Below, piece by piece: positions 48,294-58,874 of a DNA stretch of 64,000 nucleotides; the first letter of the stretch is position 1, and each line of letters starts with the position of its first letter. A model generated the notes under the pieces. The model saw nothing but the letters and a program-made list of their open reading frames with translations. It made no database searches and was not told where the DNA came from. Source of the stretch: an uncultured Planctomycetales bacterium (GTDB lineage: Bacteria > Omnitrophota > Gorgyraeia > Gygaellales > Profunditerraquicolaceae); contig CAZJFL010000009.1 of NCBI GenBank assembly GCA_964545575.1, forward strand, positions 19,574-83,573, read 5' to 3'. The position numbers were made by a program, and so were the translations under genes.

Positions 48294-49385
48294 ATGGAAG
48301 CAATATTAGCCTTAGAAGACGGTAGAATCTTTAAGGGCGAGTCTTTCGGCGCAACAGGCGAAAGCTCAGGCGAAGTCGTCTTTAATACCAGCATGACCGG
48401 CTACCAGGAGATCCTCACTGATCCTTCCTACAAAGGTCAGATCGTAACGATGACTTATCCTTTGATCGGCAATTACGGTATCAATAAGGAAGATGTAGAG
48501 TCGCGGGGGGTTTTCTTGGAAGGCTTTGTAGTAAAGGAATACAGTAAAATCGCCAGTAATTGGCGCAAAGATAAATCACTGGGGGAATATTTAAAAGAAA
48601 ACGGCATCTTAGGCATTGAGGCAATAGATACGCGGGAATTGACTTTACATATACGTAAAGCAGGTGCGATGAAAGCAATTTTATCTACGGAGGATTTAGA
48701 TGAAAGGAGCTTAGTTAAAAAAGCTATAAGCTCACCCGGATTAATTGGTGTTGATCTAGTTAAAGAAGTTACTAGCAATCACAAATATGTGTGGGATAAA
48801 GCCAAAGAGAGTAAATATAGGGTGGTAGTTATTGACTGCGGGGTAAAATATAATATCTTAAGGGAACTGTTAAAGCATAAATGCGAAGTAGTCGTTGTGC
48901 CGGCAGATACTGACAGCAAGGAAATTTTAAAAATTAAGCCTGGCGGCCTGCTGCTTTCTAACGGGCCGGGCGATCCCGAACCGGTAAAATACGTTATCGA
49001 AACCACCAGAAACTTAATTGGCAAATTGCCTATTTTCGGGATCTGCCTGGGACAGCAAATACTGGGTCTGGCTTTGGGGGGTAAGACCTATAAACTTAAA
49101 TTCGGCCATCACGGCGCAAATCATCCGGTTAAAGACTTGAAAACAGGTAAAGTTTCTATCACGGTTCAGAACCACGGTTTCTGTGTAGACATAGATTCCT
49201 TAAATAAGAAAGAAATAGAAATTACCCATATCAATTTAAACGACCAGACCTTAGAGGGAATGCGGCATAGAAAATTGCCAATATTTTCTGTGCAGTTTCA
49301 CCCTGAGGCTTCTGCCGGCCCGCATGATGCTAAGTATTTATTCGCAAATTTTATTGAGATGATGAAAAATGCCAAAAAGAACTGA
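48294..49385 (+). CDS. carA: carbamoyl-phosphate synthase small subunit
   Basis: [32 protein letters not shown]. Confidence 0.98.
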   Translation: MEAILALEDGRIFKGESFGATGESSGEVVFNTSMTGYQEILTDPSYKGQIVTMTYPLIGNYGINKEDVESRGVFLEGFVVKEYSKIASNWRKDKSLGEYLKENGILGIEAIDTRELTLHIRKAGAMKAILSTEDLDERSLVKKAISSPGLIGVDLVKEVTSNHKYVWDKAKESKYRVVVIDCGVKYNILRELLKHKCEVVVVPADTDSKEILKIKPGGLLLSNGPGDPEPVKYVIETTRNLIGKLPIFGICLGQQILGLALGGKTYKLKFGHHGANHPVKDLKTGKVSITVQNHGFCVDIDSLNKKEIEITHINLNDQTLEGMRHRKLPIFSVQFHPEASAGPHDAKYLFANFIEMMKNAKKN

Positions 49386-51012
49386 TATAAAAAAGATTTT
49401 AATCATCGGCTCCGGCCCGATCATCATCAGCCAGGCCTGCGAATTCGATTATTCCGGCACCCAGGCTTGCAAGGTCTTAAAACAGGAGGGTTTTGAAGTA
49501 ATCCTAGTCAATTCTAATCCGGCCACGATTATGACTGACCCGGATCTTGCAGATAAGACTTATATCGAACCGATCACTCCGGAAATCATAGAAAAGATAA
49601 TCGCCAAAGAGCGGCCGGATGCGCTTTTGCCTACACTCGGCGGCCAGACCGCTCTAAATACCGCAGTGGCCTTGTCAGAGAGAGGGATATTGAAGAAATA
49701 TAAAGTAGAGACTATAGGCGCTAACATCAAAGCTATTAAGAAGGGGGAGGATAGGCAGCTATTTAAAGAGGCGATGCAGAGGATCGGCCTGGATTTGCCT
49801 AAAAGCGACAGGGCCTATAGCTTAAAAGAGGCGACGGAGATTACGCAAAGGATAGGTTTTCCTTTAATTATCCGTCCCAGTTTTACTTTAGGCGGCACAG
49901 GGGGCAGCGTGGCTTACAATATAGAAGAATTCAAAGAGCTGGCTAAGCATGGCCTTGAATCCAGCATGATCGGGGAAGTCTTGATCGAAGAATCCGTAAT
50001 CGGCTGGAAAGAGTTTGAATTAGAGGTGATGCGGGATATAAAAGATAACGTAGTGATCATCTGCTCTATCGAGAATTTTGATCCGATGGGAGTCCATACC
50101 GGAGACAGTATTACCGTAGCGCCTATCCAGACATTGACCGATAAAGAATATCAGAAGATGCGCGATGCGGCAATTGCCTGTATCAGGGAAATCGGAGTGG
50201 AAACCGGCGGGTCGAATATTCAGTTCGCCGTGCATCCGGAAAGCGGGCGCATGGTGATTATCGAAATGAATCCCAGGGTTTCCCGTAGTTCAGCCCTCGC
50301 CTCTAAAGCTACCGGTTTTCCCATTGCCAAGATTGCCGCGAAATTAGCAGTAGGCTACACATTGGACGAAATCCCAAATGATATTACTAAAAAGACGCCC
50401 GCATGCTTTGAGCCCACCATTGATTACTGTGTAGTTAAGATTCCCCGTTTTACCTTCGAGAAATTCGCATCGGCTGACCCTACGTTGACCGTATCCATGA
50501 AATCGGTAGGCGAAGTAATGGCCATCGGCAGGACTTTTAAAGAATCCCTGCAGAAGGCTTTGCGTTCTTTAGAAATCGGCCTTGCCGGGCTGGATGATTT
50601 AAAATATCCGCCTAGCGAAGATGAATTAAAAAATAATTTAAGGATCCCTAATGCCTTAAGGATCCTTTATATAAAAGAGGCCTTTAAAAGAGGCTATCAT
50701 ATTAATGAGATTTATAAGATGACCAAAATCGACCCCTGGTTTTTAGAAAATATCCGGCAGATTATTGAATTGGAAAAACGGATAAAAATAAAACTAAGGT
50801 TAAGCTCCGAGAAGAGCTCGGTTGATTTACTAAGGAAAGCCAAAGAATCCGGTTTTTCAGATGTGCAGCTGGCCCGTTTATTGAATCAGACGGAAGATGC
50901 CATCAGAAAGTGGCGTATAGAGTCAGGGATAAAGCCGGATTATAAACTTGTAGATACTTGCGCTGCGGAGTTTGAAGCCTTTACTCCTTACTATTATTCT
51001 ACCTATGAATAG
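49369..51012 (+). CDS. carB: carbamoyl-phosphate synthase large subunit, N-terminal half only
   Basis: [17 protein letters not shown] ... ends [19 protein letters not shown] at 547 aa. Confidence 0.93.
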   Translation: MPKRTDIKKILIIGSGPIIISQACEFDYSGTQACKVLKQEGFEVILVNSNPATIMTDPDLADKTYIEPITPEIIEKIIAKERPDALLPTLGGQTALNTAVALSERGILKKYKVETIGANIKAIKKGEDRQLFKEAMQRIGLDLPKSDRAYSLKEATEITQRIGFPLIIRPSFTLGGTGGSVAYNIEEFKELAKHGLESSMIGEVLIEESVIGWKEFELEVMRDIKDNVVIICSIENFDPMGVHTGDSITVAPIQTLTDKEYQKMRDAAIACIREIGVETGGSNIQFAVHPESGRMVIIEMNPRVSRSSALASKATGFPIAKIAAKLAVGYTLDEIPNDITKKTPACFEPTIDYCVVKIPRFTFEKFASADPTLTVSMKSVGEVMAIGRTFKESLQKALRSLEIGLAGLDDLKYPPSEDELKNNLRIPNALRILYIKEAFKRGYHINEIYKMTKIDPWFLENIRQIIELEKRIKIKLRLSSEKSSVDLLRKAKESGFSDVQLARLLNQTEDAIRKWRIESGIKPDYKLVDTCAAEFEAFTPYYYSTYE

Positions 51013-51023
51013 GAGGAATGAGC

Positions 51024-52394
51024 ATGTGCGGAATATTCGGAATATACCCACATAAAGACGCGGCAAACCTGGCTTGTCTTGGTCTTTATGCGCTGCAGCA
51101 TAGAGGCGAAGAATCCAGCGGAATAATCACGCGTAATGGTAAGAGGGTCTATTTACATAAAGCCCTGGGGTTAGTCAGCGATGTTTTTAATGAAAAAATT
51201 ATTCGTAGCCTCCGCGGGGAAATGGCGGTGGGGCATGTGCGCTATTCTACTACTGGAAGTAGCAATATCAAGAATACCCAGCCTTTTTACGTAAAATCAA
51301 AGATCGGCGATATCGCTATTGCCCATAACGGAAATCTTACCAATACCTTAAGCCTGCATAGGGAACTAGAGAACAACGGCGCCTTATTTCAGACCAGCAT
51401 GGACTCAGAAATTATCGCGCATCTGTTAGCGCATAGTTGCAGTGATAATTTCCAGGATATGATCATTCGGGCACTTTCTAAGTTGGAAGGGGCTTATTCC
51501 TTGGTGTTAATGCTCAACGATATCCTGATCGGCGCAAGAGACACATTTGGCTGGCGGCCGCTGTGCCTGGGCAGATTAGACGCAGCATATGTATTAGCCA
51601 GCGAGACCTGCGCTTTGGATTTAATCGGCGCGCAGTATATCCGGGATATCGAACCGGGAGAGATTGTATTTATTTATAAAGATAGGATAGAATCGGTCAA
51701 GCCTTTTGCCCGCACCCGCTGTGCTTTTTGTATTTTTGAATATATTTATTTTGCCCGCCCGGATAGCGATATTTTCGGAAATAATGTTTATCTGGCGCGC
51801 CGCAGATTAGGCGAACAGCTGGGGCGGGAGTTCCCGGTGCCAGCAGATATAGTCATGCCGATCCCTGACTCGGGCACCTGCGCTGCCTTAGGTTTTTCTC
51901 AGGTCTCGGGTATTCCTTTTGAAATGGGGATGGTGCGTAACCACTATATCGGCAGGACTTTTATCCAGCCGAGCCAATTGGTGCGCGACTTCAGGGTTAA
52001 GGTCAAGCTGAATCCGGTGAAAAAAGTTTTATCCGGCAAGCGCATTGCGCTTATAGAAGATTCGATTGTGCGCGGGACTACCAGCAGGGCGCGGGTAAAA
52101 ACGGTCAGAGAAGCCGGAGCAACAGAAGTACACATGCGGGTCAGCTGCCCGCCTTTAAGGTTCCCCTGTTTTTACGGAATAGATTTTCCTACCAAGAAGG
52201 AGCTCGTAGCCGGAAAACACGATATTGAATGGATCCGCGATTTTATCGGTGCGGATAGTTTAGAATACTTAAGCCTCGAAGGTATGCTTAAATCCATGCC
52301 CATCCCTAAAGAAAATTTCTGCACTGCTTGCTTCACAGGCAAATACCCCATTAAACACGCATGCCACCTATCTAAGAACATTTTGGAAAAATAA
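51024..52394 (+). CDS. purF: amidophosphoribosyltransferase
   Basis: MCGIFG, LQHRG, GHVRYST, EDSIVRGTT, Fe-S cysteines; start 51024 by SD spacing. Confidence 0.97.
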   Translation: MCGIFGIYPHKDAANLACLGLYALQHRGEESSGIITRNGKRVYLHKALGLVSDVFNEKIIRSLRGEMAVGHVRYSTTGSSNIKNTQPFYVKSKIGDIAIAHNGNLTNTLSLHRELENNGALFQTSMDSEIIAHLLAHSCSDNFQDMIIRALSKLEGAYSLVLMLNDILIGARDTFGWRPLCLGRLDAAYVLASETCALDLIGAQYIRDIEPGEIVFIYKDRIESVKPFARTRCAFCIFEYIYFARPDSDIFGNNVYLARRRLGEQLGREFPVPADIVMPIPDSGTCAALGFSQVSGIPFEMGMVRNHYIGRTFIQPSQLVRDFRVKVKLNPVKKVLSGKRIALIEDSIVRGTTSRARVKTVREAGATEVHMRVSCPPLRFPCFYGIDFPTKKELVAGKHDIEWIRDFIGADSLEYLSLEGMLKSMPIPKENFCTACFTGKYPIKHACHLSKNILEK

Positions 52395-52531
52395 AATTCC
52401 TATCCAAATATTCTCCTGTACGCACAGGGTTTTTTACATTCAAAATTTTTAGTCTGAATGGTAGGTAACACTTTAATCTTCTTGAGGTTAGAATTTGGAG
52501 ATGGTAAAATAAGAACTTGGAGTTGATAATT

Positions 52532-53563
52532 ATGCAAAAGACAAAGACTATCCGAAACAAAATTTATCCTTACCTGATAAGCATAGGGCTTGTTTTCATC
52601 ATGACTTTGTTGGGCGAATTTGTCAAAAGAAGGCTTGAGCCGACAAATATTGTGATGTTTTATCTTTTGGCCGTAGTAATAGCTGCTATTCGTTGGGGGC
52701 AGGGGCCAGCGATCGTAACTTCTGTATTGAGCGTCCTTGCATTTGACTTCTTCTTAGTCCCGCCGTATCTTACCTTGAATGTTCACGATTTCGAGTATCT
52801 TTTTACCTTTGCGGCTTTTCTGGTAGTTGGCCTTATTGTGAGTACGCTTACTTCAAAAGTTAGAGCGCAAATTATCCAAAAACAAACAGAGAAACTTCAT
52901 TCAGCGCTTTTAAACTCAATTTCCCATGATTTAAAAACACCACTTGTATCGATTACTGGGATATTGAGTGCTCTTTTAGATAGCAGATCAAAGCTTGACG
53001 AGCAGCAAAAAAACGACCTTTTGCAAACGGCTCGTAGTGAATCTGAGAGGTTGAATCGCATAGTAAATAATATTCTGGATATGACTAGGACAGAATCCGG
53101 AGTGTTGCGAATTTCTAAGAAACCATGCGATTTGAGGGATTTCGTAGGAGCGTGTCTTGAGCAGCTAAAAGATAAGATAGGCAGCCGGAACATAAAAATA
53201 AACATCCCAAAAGATATACCCGAAGTGTCCGTAGATTTTCAGTATATGCTCAAGGCGTTTTTGAATGTTATGGATAATGCTTTAAAGTATTCGCCTGATG
53301 GTTCTCCGGTTGAAATTGAGGCTTCTTGTATTGGCAATAAGGTACGCGTTTCTGTGCGGGATTACGGTTACGGGATTCCTAAGGAAGACCTGGGGCGTAT
53401 TTTTGACAAGTTCTACCGGGTCCAGCGCGCTCAAAATGTACTGGGAACCGGTTTGGGCTTAAGTATTTCAAAAAATATTATTGAGGCTCACGGCGGCCAT
53501 ATCAACGCAGAAAGCATTCTTGGCAAAGGCGCTACGTTTATTATAGAGCTTCCGGTGGAGTAA
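52532..53563 (+). CDS. minimal KdpD-like sensor histidine kinase (membrane domain + HisKA + HATPase)
   Basis: FDFFLVPPYLTL, SISHDLKTPL, NALKYS, GTGLGL. Confidence 0.88.
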   Translation: MQKTKTIRNKIYPYLISIGLVFIMTLLGEFVKRRLEPTNIVMFYLLAVVIAAIRWGQGPAIVTSVLSVLAFDFFLVPPYLTLNVHDFEYLFTFAAFLVVGLIVSTLTSKVRAQIIQKQTEKLHSALLNSISHDLKTPLVSITGILSALLDSRSKLDEQQKNDLLQTARSESERLNRIVNNILDMTRTESGVLRISKKPCDLRDFVGACLEQLKDKIGSRNIKINIPKDIPEVSVDFQYMLKAFLNVMDNALKYSPDGSPVEIEASCIGNKVRVSVRDYGYGIPKEDLGRIFDKFYRVQRAQNVLGTGLGLSISKNIIEAHGGHINAESILGKGATFIIELPVE

Positions 53564-53570
53564 ACGCGTA

Positions 53571-54272
53571 ATGGCAGAACAGAACAATTTAAGAATTCTT
53601 GTTGTAGATGACGAAAAATCCATACGTAGTTTTCTTAAGACATCTCTTTCGGCGTACGGTTACGGCGTCTTTGAAGCAACAAAAGGCAAAGAAGCCTTAA
53701 CCGAGTCGGTTAGTGTTCATCCGGATGCCATCATTCTTGATTTGGGGCTTCCTGATATGGATGGAAGAGAAGTCATTGCGAGAATCCGTAAACGGACAAA
53801 AACCCCAATAATCATTTTATCGGTAAGGGATGATCCCCTTGAGAAGATCGCTGCGCTTGATGCCGGAGCAGATGACTATCTTACTAAGCCTTTTTCTGTC
53901 GGAGAGTTGCTGGCGCGCTTGAAGGCGGTTATGAGGCGCCTTCTGCCGGATGAAAATGAGAAAATATTAAGTTCCGGCAAGCTTGCGGTAGATATTACGA
54001 ATCGCCAAGTAACTCTCGCTGATAAAGAGATCAGCTTATCGCCTACGGAATACGATATTCTTAAATTATTGATTTTTAATGCCGGCAAAGTAATTACCCA
54101 TAAACAAATTCTTCGTGAGGTATGGGATAAAACAGAAGATTATGAGGGCATCTTACACCTTTTACGCGTAACGATGAGTAATTTGCGCAGTAAAATTGAA
54201 CCTAATCCGGATCGCCCCATGTACATACTTACGGAGCCAGGTGTAGGCTACCGTCTGCGTTCTGATGATTGA
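53571..54272 (+). CDS. KdpE-like OmpR-family response regulator
   Basis: LVVDDE, LDLGLPDMDG, GADDYLTKPF, LR.KIE..P.RP.YILTEPGVGYR. Confidence 0.9.
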   Translation: MAEQNNLRILVVDDEKSIRSFLKTSLSAYGYGVFEATKGKEALTESVSVHPDAIILDLGLPDMDGREVIARIRKRTKTPIIILSVRDDPLEKIAALDAGADDYLTKPFSVGELLARLKAVMRRLLPDENEKILSSGKLAVDITNRQVTLADKEISLSPTEYDILKLLIFNAGKVITHKQILREVWDKTEDYEGILHLLRVTMSNLRSKIEPNPDRPMYILTEPGVGYRLRSDD

Positions 54273-54297
54273 CTCCTCGTTTTGACCTTTTTTTGAC
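54269..54297 (+). promoter_or_regulatory. candidate KdpE/OmpR-type direct-repeat operator
   Basis: TTTGAC at 54281 and 54292 (11-bp period), TTGAC at 54269. Confidence 0.45.
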
Positions 54298-54411
54298 TTG
54301 CCTTCCTTATTTACTAAGCGTATCGTAAGTTATTAGAATAAATACAAAGATAAGTTAAATTTTACACAGTGCCAGAGTGCTTTATTCTCTGGTTTTTTGT
54401 TGATGAATGCT

Positions 54412-54531
54412 ATGAAGAAAATTGCTGTTTTTTATACTGTTACACTAGGAATATTTTGGGAAGCGGTCTATGTAATGATAATTATCGGCGTAGGTTCACT
54501 ATTTGCATTAGCAACGCAATATATACGATGA
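54412..54531 (+). CDS. 39-aa hydrophobic peptide translationally coupled to trkH (missing from the ORF track)
   Basis: MKKIAVFYTVTLGIFWEAVYVMIIIGVGSLFALATQYIR*; ATGA overlap with trkH. Confidence 0.55.
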   Translation: MKKIAVFYTVTLGIFWEAVYVMIIIGVGSLFALATQYIR

Positions 54532-56033
54532 TACTTAAGCCTCAAGTAAACGATATTAAGAACATCGGCTATTATTTGGGAAAAATAATACTCGGTATTG
54601 GCCTGACAATGTTTTTGCCGTTTATTACGGGACTTGTTTTATTTAGAGAATCTAATCCTGCTTTGGATTTCTTGATAAGCGCTAATATTGCTATATTTAT
54701 CGGTGTGGCTTTGAGCTGGCTGTGTAAAACTGATAAGGAGCTACATACCGGTCCGGCAATGGTTGTTATTGCTCTTTCATGGTTGGCCGCGATGGCGCTT
54801 AGCGCTATACCGTTATTATTAAGCGGTCATTATAAGTCGTTTCTTGATGCTTGTTTTGAGACTATGTCTGGTTTTACCACAACTGGATTGACGCTTGTGC
54901 AGGATTTGGATCATCTTTCCCGAACTCATAATTTATGGCGTCACTTAGGGCCTTTCCTTGGAGGGCAGGGGATCGCTATTATTGCGATTTCATTCTTGGT
55001 CAGGGGCACCGGTGGTTCGCTTAATCTGTATCTTGGGGAAGGGCGCGATGAGAAGTTAGTCCCCAACGTTATGCATACGGCGCGTTTTATTTGGGCTATT
55101 AGCATAGTGTACTTGATTCTCGGCACCATTGTGTTAGGTCTGGTAGGGATGTCTATAGGATTAAAGCCTCAAAGCGCATTCTTTAACGCTGTCTGTGTTT
55201 TTATGGCCGGATTTGATACTGCAGGTTTTGCTCCGCAATCACCGAATATTCTTTACTATCACAGCTTGATGTTTGAAATTGTTACGATTTTCTTTATGGT
55301 AGTCGGCTCATTCAATTTTAATTTGCATTATCAAATCTGGAATGGAAATTTTAAAGAAATTTGGAAGAATATCGAAACGCGGACTCTCTTGTTTGTTATT
55401 ATGATTGTTACTTTGATTACGATGGCGGGTTTAAGGCACTGGGGTGTTTATTCGGATGGAGCGATACTTTTCCGCAAGGGATTCTTTCAGATCATCTCAG
55501 GACAAACCACAACCGGATACATGACAATATATGCGCAGCAGTTTATTAAGGAGTGGGGGGATTTAGCCTTAACTGGGATTATCATCTCCATGGCTCTGGG
55601 AGGTTGCGCTTGTTCTACAGCCGGGGGTATTAAAATGCTGCGCGTGGGCATTATCTATAAAGCATTTAGGCAAGATATAAAAAGCGTTTTGCTTTCACCT
55701 AGCGCTATCGTAGTGCAAAAATTCCATCACATAAAAACAATGTTTATCGAAGATAAGCAGGTGCGAGCAGTCCTGATTGTTACTTTGGGATATTTTTTCC
55801 TTTACGGATTGGGTACTCTTGTGGGGGTAGGATTAGGATATCCGTTTTTAAATGCTCTTTTTGAATCGACTTCTGCGGCTGGCAACGTTGGACTTTCCTG
55901 CGGGATAACCGATGCAAGTATGCCGGCAATATTAAAAGTGACCTATATAATAGAAATGTGGGCAGGAAGGCTTGAGTTAATGTCGGTTTTTGCGCTATTT
56001 GGTTTTTTTGTAGCGTTTGTGAAAGGTAGATAA
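54528..56033 (+). CDS. trkH: TrkH-family potassium uptake protein
   Basis: Pore loops FETMSGFTTTG, FDTAGF, QTTTG, GNVG; STAGGIK; WAGRLE; start revised to 54528. Confidence 0.93.
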   Translation: MILKPQVNDIKNIGYYLGKIILGIGLTMFLPFITGLVLFRESNPALDFLISANIAIFIGVALSWLCKTDKELHTGPAMVVIALSWLAAMALSAIPLLLSGHYKSFLDACFETMSGFTTTGLTLVQDLDHLSRTHNLWRHLGPFLGGQGIAIIAISFLVRGTGGSLNLYLGEGRDEKLVPNVMHTARFIWAISIVYLILGTIVLGLVGMSIGLKPQSAFFNAVCVFMAGFDTAGFAPQSPNILYYHSLMFEIVTIFFMVVGSFNFNLHYQIWNGNFKEIWKNIETRTLLFVIMIVTLITMAGLRHWGVYSDGAILFRKGFFQIISGQTTTGYMTIYAQQFIKEWGDLALTGIIISMALGGCACSTAGGIKMLRVGIIYKAFRQDIKSVLLSPSAIVVQKFHHIKTMFIEDKQVRAVLIVTLGYFFLYGLGTLVGVGLGYPFLNALFESTSAAGNVGLSCGITDASMPAILKVTYIIEMWAGRLELMSVFALFGFFVAFVKGR

Positions 56034-56035
56034 AA

Positions 56036-56515
56036 GTGAGAAGTTTATTCTTATGCTTAATATTATGCTTTGTATCGATTATTTCTAACTGTTACGCTCA
56101 GCCATCTACGAGTTCGGATTTGTTAAATAATGCCAAACAATATGACGGCAAAACTATCAGCTACAAAGGAGAGGTCATTGGAGAGATTATGATCCGCGGA
56201 GATCACGCATGGCTGCATGTGAATGACGGCATTATTGCGATTGGTATTTGGGCTCCAAAGACGATGATTCAAGATATTGGCTATATCGGAGATTATCATA
56301 AAAAAGGGGATATCGTAGATGTTTCCGGAACGTTTCATCGAAGCTGTTTGGAGCATGGGGGTGATTTGGATATTCATGCCTCTGAAATAAAGAAAATAAC
56401 TTCGGGAAGTCCGGTTATCCAGCCTATCAGCACAAAAAAAGCTTACCTTGGAGTTTATTCTTTAATACTCGTTTTGTTATTCTATGCATTAAAGAAATTT
56501 TTTCAGCACAGATAA
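56036..56515 (+). CDS. exported OB-fold protein with C-terminal TM
   Basis: Signal peptide, YDGK.I...GEVIG, GD.V.V.G.F, HGGDLDIHA. Confidence 0.7.
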   Translation: MRSLFLCLILCFVSIISNCYAQPSTSSDLLNNAKQYDGKTISYKGEVIGEIMIRGDHAWLHVNDGIIAIGIWAPKTMIQDIGYIGDYHKKGDIVDVSGTFHRSCLEHGGDLDIHASEIKKITSGSPVIQPISTKKAYLGVYSLILVLLFYALKKFFQHR

Positions 56516-56666
56516 CGTTAATATTTGGATTTGATCCTTCCTGTGTCCGCATTAATGAAGTAGGCATCGCGTAATCTTCACAAAACGCCATCCTTCGGAT
56601 AGCAAGTAAACATCTTTACAAAGCCGTTTAACTATAATATAATATTGCCTAATAATTAGGCAGAAG

Positions 56667-58193
56667 ATGACTAAGAAAATCGGTTTTGATAACGAAAAAT
56701 ACCTCAAAGAACAGACTCAAGCGATTGTTGAAAGAGTCAAGAAATTCGGCAATAAGCTGTATCTGGAATTCGGCGGAAAACTCTGCTTCGATTACCACGC
56801 CGCGCGCGTCCTTCCCGGTTACGATCACAACGTAAAAATAAGATTATTGCAGGAGTTAAAAGATAAAATAGATATCGTCCTGTGCATTTACGCCGGAGAC
56901 ATCGAAAAGGGCAGGGTCAGGGGTGACTTCGGCATCACCTATGACGCCGCAACCCTAAAACTTATAGATGATTTAAGGAAGTGGGGCTTGGACATACTGG
57001 CGGTAGTGATTACGCGTTTTACCAACCAGCCTACGGCAGTAATGTTTAAAAATAAACTGGAGCGGCGCGGGGTAAAAGTTTACCTGCATTACCCCATTGA
57101 AGGTTATCCGGTTAATGTGGATTTTGTGGCCAGCGACGCCGGGTTCGGTAAAAACGATTACATCAAGACCAAAAACCCCATCGTGATTATTACCGGCCCC
57201 GGCCCGAATAGCGGAAAATTAGCTACCTGCCTTTCTCAGCTATATCATGAACATAAACTTAAAATCAACGCCGGCTACGCCAAGTTTGAGACTTTCCCTA
57301 TCTGGAACCTGCCGCTTAAGCATCCGGTTAATGTCGCTTATGAGGCAGCTACTGCCGATATCCAGGATTTCAATCTGGTGGATCCCTTTCACTTGAATAA
57401 ATACAACAAGGCCGCGATTAATTATAATCGCGATGTGGAGTGTTTCCCGATATTAAAGTTGATTTTGACCAGGATCATCGACCCTGCAGGTACTTTGCCG
57501 ATGTATAATTCTCCCACCGACATGGGCGTAAACCGGGCGGGCTTTGGTATAGTGGATGATAAAACAGTGCAGGAGGCGGCAAAGCAGGAATTAATCCGCA
57601 GGTATTTCAGGTATAACAGCGAATACGTTCTGGGAATCGAGAGGAAAGAGACAGTGGACAGGGTGATGCTGTTAATGGAAGAATTACAGGTGAAGGTGAG
57701 CGATAGGGCGGTGGTCGAGCCTGCGCGCGCCGCGGCTGAAGAGGCCGAGAAAAAAGAAAAAGGCCATGCCGGAATATTTTGCGGAGCAGCCATACAGTTA
57801 AACGACGGGCAGATTATTACGGGTAAAAACTCCGCGTTGATGCATGCTGCTTCTAGCCTTATATTGAACGCCATAAAAATACTTGCGCATATCCCGGATG
57901 AGATTCTCCTGCTTTCGCCCAACATCATCAACCAGATCGCCAAGCTTAAAGAAGGCATCTTGGACACAGACTCCGAAAGCCTGGACTTAGAAGAAACCCT
58001 GATCGCCCTTTCTATCAGCGCCACCACCAATCACACCGCAGAATTAGCGATGAAGAAATTAATGGAGCTCAGGGCCTGCGAAGTGCACATGACCCATATC
58101 CCCACCCCCGGAGATGAGGTAGGTTTAAAAAGGCTAGGCGTGAATCTCACTACGGACGGAAAGTTTTCTTCCCGCAATCTCTTCGTCACCTAA
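56667..58193 (+). CDS. DUF1846 family protein
   Basis: GFDNEKYL, KLYLEFGGKL, GPGPNSGKLATCLSQ, YAKFETFP, SPTDMGVN. Confidence 0.9.
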   Translation: MTKKIGFDNEKYLKEQTQAIVERVKKFGNKLYLEFGGKLCFDYHAARVLPGYDHNVKIRLLQELKDKIDIVLCIYAGDIEKGRVRGDFGITYDAATLKLIDDLRKWGLDILAVVITRFTNQPTAVMFKNKLERRGVKVYLHYPIEGYPVNVDFVASDAGFGKNDYIKTKNPIVIITGPGPNSGKLATCLSQLYHEHKLKINAGYAKFETFPIWNLPLKHPVNVAYEAATADIQDFNLVDPFHLNKYNKAAINYNRDVECFPILKLILTRIIDPAGTLPMYNSPTDMGVNRAGFGIVDDKTVQEAAKQELIRRYFRYNSEYVLGIERKETVDRVMLLMEELQVKVSDRAVVEPARAAAEEAEKKEKGHAGIFCGAAIQLNDGQIITGKNSALMHAASSLILNAIKILAHIPDEILLLSPNIINQIAKLKEGILDTDSESLDLEETLIALSISATTNHTAELAMKKLMELRACEVHMTHIPTPGDEVGLKRLGVNLTTDGKFSSRNLFVT

Positions 58194-58874
58194 ATGAACC
58201 CTAGGCTTAAGTTTCTGGTTTTAATCATTTCCGTATTCCTTCTTTGGTATCTGGCAAGATATTTTCATCTGGACATAGAAGCCTTAGAGGCGTATTTTAA
58301 AAAGATCCCGCTAATTTTATCCGGGATAATTTTTGTTTTTCTTTACTGCCTAGTTACTTTTTTTCTCTGGTTTTCTAAGGATATATTCAGGTTTGCGGCT
58401 GCCCTTTTATTCGGGGCTTATTTAAGCACGGTTTTTATTTTTATCGCCGAAATCATCAATGCCTTTATCCTCTTTCATCTCTGTCGTTTCCTCGGCCGGG
58501 CTTTTGTCGAGGATTCCCTAAAAGGTAAATACGCCGCACTTGATCAGGGCCTGGGCAAGATAAGCTTTACCTGGCTTTTTCTTTTTCGCGCCACCCCGCT
58601 TATACCTTTTAGGTTTCTGGATTTAACTTGCGGGCTTACCCGCATATCCTTTAAGAGGTACCTCTTAGCGGTTATCTTGGGCTCGCCGCTACGCATATTC
58701 TGGGTGCAATATATTTTGGCGGGGGTGGGGACGAGCATTTTAAGCCGGCCGGAAGCCCTGGCTAATTATTTGCTCTTCAACAAACCGGCGTTTATCTTTA
58801 GCCTGATTTATTTTGTTTTAGTGATAATGGTAGCATGGAAATTAAAACCAGGGAGCAGGGTGCATGGCGGTTAA
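58194..58874 (+). CDS. TVP38/TMEM64/DedA (VTT) family membrane protein
   Basis: Multiple TMs, LFG, R.LGR, LFR..PLIPF motif. Confidence 0.8.
   Translation: MNPRLKFLVLIISVFLLWYLARYFHLDIEALEAYFKKIPLILSGIIFVFLYCLVTFFLWFSKDIFRFAAALLFGAYLSTVFIFIAEIINAFILFHLCRFLGRAFVEDSLKGKYAALDQGLGKISFTWLFLFRATPLIPFRFLDLTCGLTRISFKRYLLAVILGSPLRIFWVQYILAGVGTSILSRPEALANYLLFNKPAFIFSLIYFVLVIMVAWKLKPGSRVHGG

Noticed and set aside
54369-54527. Cys-rich N-terminal extension of TrkH
   Set aside because: Better explained as an over-extended ORF call; the TrkH-like sequence starts at 54528 and a coupled peptide occupies another frame.
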